The notes beneath the pieces are model-generated. The model searched no databases, was not told the DNA's origin, and saw nothing but the letters and a program-made list of their open reading frames with translations. Positions 29,401 to 32,000 of a stretch of 32,000 bases of DNA are shown piece by piece (position 1 is the first letter of the stretch; every line of letters starts with the position of its first letter). The DNA is taken from the NCBI GenBank assembly GCA_016205145.1, contig JACQJH010000001.1, positions 300,001 through 332,000 on the forward strand. Direction: 5' to 3'. The DNA comes from Candidatus Iainarchaeum sp. (GTDB lineage: Archaea > Iainarchaeota > Iainarchaeia > Iainarchaeales > JACQJH01). The position numbers were made by a program, and so were the translations under genes.

Positions 29401-31030
29401 GGAAACCGCCAGCTCGGAACAGCTTTCAACCGACAAGGTCAGTGAAATGATTGATTCGGGAACAAAGCAGGTTCTCGGTTCGCTGTCAAACAATCCTGAT
29501 TCCCTGCTCGGCAAGCAGGCCGAGGAGCTCAAGGGAAAGATAGAAGACCTTGTCGGAAACGCGGCCAAAAACGATTTTGTCGAAGCGATTGTGGGCATGG
29601 ATGGAAGCTCTTCCGGAAAACTGTCGGGAAAAAAACTGTTTTATTTCTGGTTCAAGGGCATTTTGTCGCCGGCAAAGTACAAGACCGATGGCAGGCGCGT
29701 CATAGTCGACCCCAAGACAGGCACGACTCTTGACATAGACTTTGCGAACGGCCGGATTTCCGTCAACGGCCAGCCCACCGTGACAAATCCGGACATAGTG
29801 CGGCTTGCAACCACGAACTCCGAAGTTCCGGCAGAGGAGATTCCGCACACCATAACAAAGGTTTCTTTGCCGGACTCGAATGCCGTGATGTTTGAAATGG
29901 GCCTCAACTCGGACACCGTTGTTTTGGACCAGGCAGTGCTGAACTGCATCAAGGCAGGCGTTCTGGAGCAGACGGGCGTCGGGCTTTCTTCGAACAACCT
30001 TTCCGAGGTTTTCGGCAAAACGCTTGCGATTGCAACCGACTCGCATCCGAACATTCACGCCGACGCATCCGCCAAGCAGATAATTGCCGAGGGCACGCCC
30101 AGGCAGATTGTCAGCGGCCAGAATGCGAAAGCTGGCATTCTCGGCAACCGCGAAACCATTTTGAGGGGCGATTCCGAAAAGAGAGTCGGCCTGCTTGAAT
30201 CAATTCAATTTGAGAATGGCGTAATCATTGTGAAGCCTGAAACAAAGCAGTTGATTGTCTGGCTGAGGCACAACGAAAAAGCCGTTCTTGACCAGAAGGA
30301 CGTCAGCGGTTTGAAGGCGAAATTGGAAAGCGTGAAGAATCCTTTGACGAGCTGTTCCGAGCCTGCAATAAGCCTTGAGGCACTGCCGACGCAGGGCTCC
30401 GACTTAGCGGCCTTCAAGACCCAGCAGTTCAACCAGTCCATTCAGAAGCTCGGGCCGTTCCAGGTCTTTGACACCGACAAAAAGCGGTTCATTCTTTACT
30501 CCAAGCTTGAGGGTGGCAAATGCGTTGACTATTTCAAGGTAATTGACAAGGCAACGGGCGAGGTCTATGAGTCGCCCATATCTTCGATTACGCAGACGCC
30601 GGACGGCGTGCAGATACAGACTGCGGACGGCCAGACGCACTCACTCGGCTTTTCCGCGGAAAACGGCATTCCGAAAGTTACGTTTGACGGCGGCGCGCCG
30701 GAAACCCTGCTTTCCGCGACAGGCAAGAACGGCTCGTTCTATTACAATCCGGACAAGGGCTTGTGGTATCCTGAAAACGGCCAGTTCATTCCGTTGAGCG
30801 ACGCGTTCAGGCAGCAGGGCGTTACGACTCAGGCCAATCCCGACGGCACGGTTTCAAGCCAGCCCGGCGGAAACGTAATGAACCTGAACATAGGCGACAA
30901 GGGTTCGGGCACGCCCTTCAACCTGCCCTCATTGCCGGAATCCGCGGCAATGCAGTTTGCATTCATTGCATTGCTGCTGCTGTCATTCCTTTTCGTGCAG
31001 GCGCGTTTTTCGCGTCGCACCGGACCATAA
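26429..31030 (+). CDS. 1,533-aa secreted surface protein without recognisable domains; N-terminal signal peptide and C-terminal tripartite sorting signal
   Basis: Signal peptide MRRHFADRIFSLFAVFLMLGANFSFAAA|QPQ. It is a long mixed alpha/beta polar protein, and I could not match any family motif by eye. The C-terminal signal is described in the next feature. Confidence 0.85.
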   Translation: MRRHFADRIFSLFAVFLMLGANFSFAAAQPQPAGAQANAPGSIGSAGNASTPNLAPTTQAQFACSSESISPQELQKLMDATTNNGFEGKELSSGTGAKKDRGELDQNTLVLPTGEGSNAVRRNVPSQEISPDETAHLLNSFVAGPFAFGLVLSDTLRVGRCKDQDSNENCALQGKNLAYRNSGAGIKEDFRNVWDDFKTIFVEKPAEISNDEYDALRANFAQSTGISPEQLNQLQDAQDANKAVSNEDKSLLAGVSDGVKSLKYRFFKREPLDVIPNSILSDSFTASTQTNCDNAACIISSYSFFDKMYNSWFSSQLVVSNFGPSLFGVARNMMNWTMTRNWPWNIEDSKLLQKIRTKFLDLEFLPTQLKAGAMQQRAYAHGLDDLWVPMMENKGGWDGGYYLLKGQSFRSWAKQIFDPKDGAYYKLSPTQKSEFGKIVRDLKSYAKRKEAIWNAAEEEYTTIAKAAGVGTQAEIQARIEFGKTSARLMQNDDEFLNLDVPEWWTRDSMAGLYDVAVKENFSGHYQMLNKDSKNIDMIQKAFMDKGDWSSFAGSGLNTYEVSKLADGRSALQFYRVGPKGQATEAHVEDLEKNLPLFHDKMVVNDKGENLILTETTLPYIKETSTGTVKVYDAGWEKAEAISPEDFAGKLLHPRVKSRTISLFNKNADQLYQSLMEQGFVDRRYFSLLDKYITNEKNVLQEYFSVKGGAKWTLYPFGYWQAKRGFGFEGLSAYQLPDSWSSIIVYHGDEKIFDDAYIDFFSNEGSDQGDIFVQVLNKLPIKIILNEVSDKYNPVKKLYDAVTGNTLRGKVEDIAIYSSTPPECPGCGVSLNSEKLETFSPAFTVTKKFDAYILENPQSNAAKEKGTTLVSYAHHANLKGKSSEIEGGAIDLVKAMQEKKTCSDAIKEGALGWTAGWVGGIGKEKSASRVGAVLALEESAAYAIFSFWGAGEAGIIASLVQQTVLAPKLADCVDSEEGYYIHFTVPKKEEQKETASSEQLSTDKVSEMIDSGTKQVLGSLSNNPDSLLGKQAEELKGKIEDLVGNAAKNDFVEAIVGMDGSSSGKLSGKKLFYFWFKGILSPAKYKTDGRRVIVDPKTGTTLDIDFANGRISVNGQPTVTNPDIVRLATTNSEVPAEEIPHTITKVSLPDSNAVMFEMGLNSDTVVLDQAVLNCIKAGVLEQTGVGLSSNNLSEVFGKTLAIATDSHPNIHADASAKQIIAEGTPRQIVSGQNAKAGILGNRETILRGDSEKRVGLLESIQFENGVIIVKPETKQLIVWLRHNEKAVLDQKDVSGLKAKLESVKNPLTSCSEPAISLEALPTQGSDLAAFKTQQFNQSIQKLGPFQVFDTDKKRFILYSKLEGGKCVDYFKVIDKATGEVYESPISSITQTPDGVQIQTADGQTHSLGFSAENGIPKVTFDGGAPETLLSATGKNGSFYYNPDKGLWYPENGQFIPLSDAFRQQGVTTQANPDGTVSSQPGGNVMNLNIGDKGSGTPFNLPSLPESAAMQFAFIALLLLSFLFVQARFSRRTGP
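30923..31027 (+). other. C-terminal sorting-signal-like tail: short motif + hydrophobic helix + basic cluster
   Basis: LPSLPES-AAMQFAFIALLLLSFLFVQA-RFSRRTGP* has the same tripartite architecture as PEP-CTERM / PGF-CTERM / LPXTG signals. The exact motif class is not one I can name. Confidence 0.6.
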
Positions 31031-31080
31031 GGGGGCTGACAGCAATTTTTTTAAGCCTGTCCGCCGAACCTTTTCCTTAT

Positions 31081-31473
31081 ATGCCTGCAAAACTAAAAGA
31101 GCCGCGTGCATTTGAAGGCACGGTGGTTTCGGGAATGCAGAAGGCGCAATCGTTTCTCTCCAAAGATTTTTATGCAGCAGAAATGCTTGGCTGTTTCGGC
31201 TTTTCGCCTTTTCCCGGAACGCTTAACATTCGCGCGGACGATGCGGAAGTGCAGCGCGCTATCGCCGGCGGAAAATGCGTTGAAATCGCCGGCAAACACG
31301 GGCACGGCGGCCTGAAATGCTACCGCGCCCTGCTGAATGGAACCGAGCCGTGCATTCTTGTCTTTCCCGAAAAATCGTTGCGCGGGGGCGTTGTCGAGAT
31401 AGTTTCAAAAGGGTTTCTGAGGACAAAATTTTCCTTGAAGGACGGCTCAAAAGTCAGGGTGCTCGTCGAATGA
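31081..31473 (+). CDS. ribK: CTP-dependent riboflavin kinase (archaeal type, MJ0056 family)
   Basis: FEGTVVSGMQKAQSFLSKDFYAAEMLGCFGFSPFPGTLNIRAD and ...VVEIVSKGFLRTKFSLKDGSKVRVLV align with M. jannaschii RibK ([43 protein letters not shown] ... [26 protein letters not shown]). Size is 130 aa. Confidence 0.85.
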   Translation: MPAKLKEPRAFEGTVVSGMQKAQSFLSKDFYAAEMLGCFGFSPFPGTLNIRADDAEVQRAIAGGKCVEIAGKHGHGGLKCYRALLNGTEPCILVFPEKSLRGGVVEIVSKGFLRTKFSLKDGSKVRVLVE

Positions 31474-31492
31474 ACTGTTTCAATTATTCTGG

Positions 31493-31987
31493 GTGCATGC
31501 AATGAAGCGCATAGGGATCGCGGACACGACTTTTGCAAGGGCCGACATGGGCTCTTTCTGCGAAAAAACCCTGCTTTCCGGAGCAAAGGCAATGGGAAAA
31601 AAAATTTCCATTGAACGGTATACCGTTCCCGGCATAAAGGATTTGCCGGTTGCGTGCAAAAAGCTTTTCGACGAAAAGAATTGCGACATTGTCCTTGCAT
31701 TGGGAATGGCCGGGCCGAAGCCGGTTGACAAGCAGTGCAGCCACGAAGCCTCGCTCGGCATCCAGGCGGTGCAACTGCTTTCAGGCAGGCACATTCTCGA
31801 GGTTTTCGTGCACGAAGACGAGGCAACCGGAAACGACGGACTGCTTGCAAAAATAATGGCAAACAGGACGAAAGGGCATGCAATCAACGCTTTATGGCTT
31901 TTGTTCGAGCCGCAAACAATGAGAAAAAGGGCGGGCACGGCGAGAAGGCAGGGCTTTGCCGACGAAAAACCCATCAGGCTCGAATGA
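31493..31987 (+). CDS. ribC: Archaeal-type riboflavin synthase (lumazine-synthase-like fold, MJ1184 family)
   Basis: [16 protein letters not shown]...[28 protein letters not shown]...CSHEASLGI...[12 protein letters not shown] is near-collinear with M. jannaschii RibC (KKVGIVDTTFARVDMA...[28 protein letters not shown]...[11 protein letters not shown]). The start could be ATG 31493 or ATG 31502. Confidence 0.9.
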   Translation: [164 protein letters not shown]

Positions 31988-32000
31988 TTTTTTTATTTTG

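Noticed and set aside
30923-30943. Reading LPESA as a classical sortase LPXTG signal
   Set aside because: The T-G positions are not matched, and no sortase A/B-like gene is present in the window. An exosortase/archaeosortase-family gene is present, so the archaeosortase interpretation is preferred, though the motif class remains unassigned.
1-32000. Diversity-generating retroelement, CRISPR array, tRNA/rRNA genes, IS elements or prophage hallmarks
   Set aside because: I looked for a reverse-transcriptase-like ORF, near-identical ~100-bp template/variable repeat pairs, regularly spaced short repeats, tRNA T-arm signatures (GTTCGAATC-like) and transposase/integrase/capsid-like ORFs, and saw none. 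By-eye repeat detection is weak, so a dot-plot or self-BLAST of the window would be the decisive check.

Overview
The window looks archaeal. It has a CTP-dependent riboflavin kinase and an archaeal-type riboflavin synthase at the right edge, many proteins with class III (type IV pilin-like) signal peptides, an archaeosortase-family gene, and A/T-rich TATA-like elements about 25-33 nt upstream of several start codons. I cannot assign a lineage from the sequence alone. About 31 kb of the 32 kb is a dense cell-envelope island.

(1) A minus-strand arm runs, in transcription order: a secreted GH73 glucosaminidase-FN3 protein (12314-14725), a 176-aa archaeosortase-family protein (11700-12230), and a 3,444-aa N-terminally membrane-anchored giant protein (1300-11634). 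The giant protein ends in a GH73 glucosaminidase plus Amidase_2 cassette specific for bacterial murein and carries an embedded amicyanin-like cupredoxin domain. The arm ends with a partial Cys-rich pilin-like gene that runs off the left edge.

(2) A divergent plus-strand type IV pilus-like arm holds a 760-aa secretion ATPase, a 763-aa two-domain platform protein and about 7 pilin-like or membrane-anchored small proteins (14938-23534). One of these is a 59-aa ORF that falls below the ORF-track cutoff.

(3) A convergent 746-aa membrane protein has a very long charged low-complexity region and a C-terminal double zinc ribbon.

(4) A small polytopic membrane protein is followed by a 1,533-aa secreted orphan protein with a tripartite C-terminal sorting signal (LPSLPES, hydrophobic helix, RFSRR). 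This is the best candidate substrate for the archaeosortase.

Main hypothesis (inference): this is a contact-dependent attachment and murein-breaching apparatus of an archaeon that interacts with bacteria. I saw no rRNA, tRNA, CRISPR array, transposase/integrase or reverse transcriptase. Most other ORFs in the supplied track are antisense or out-of-frame shadows of the long genes.
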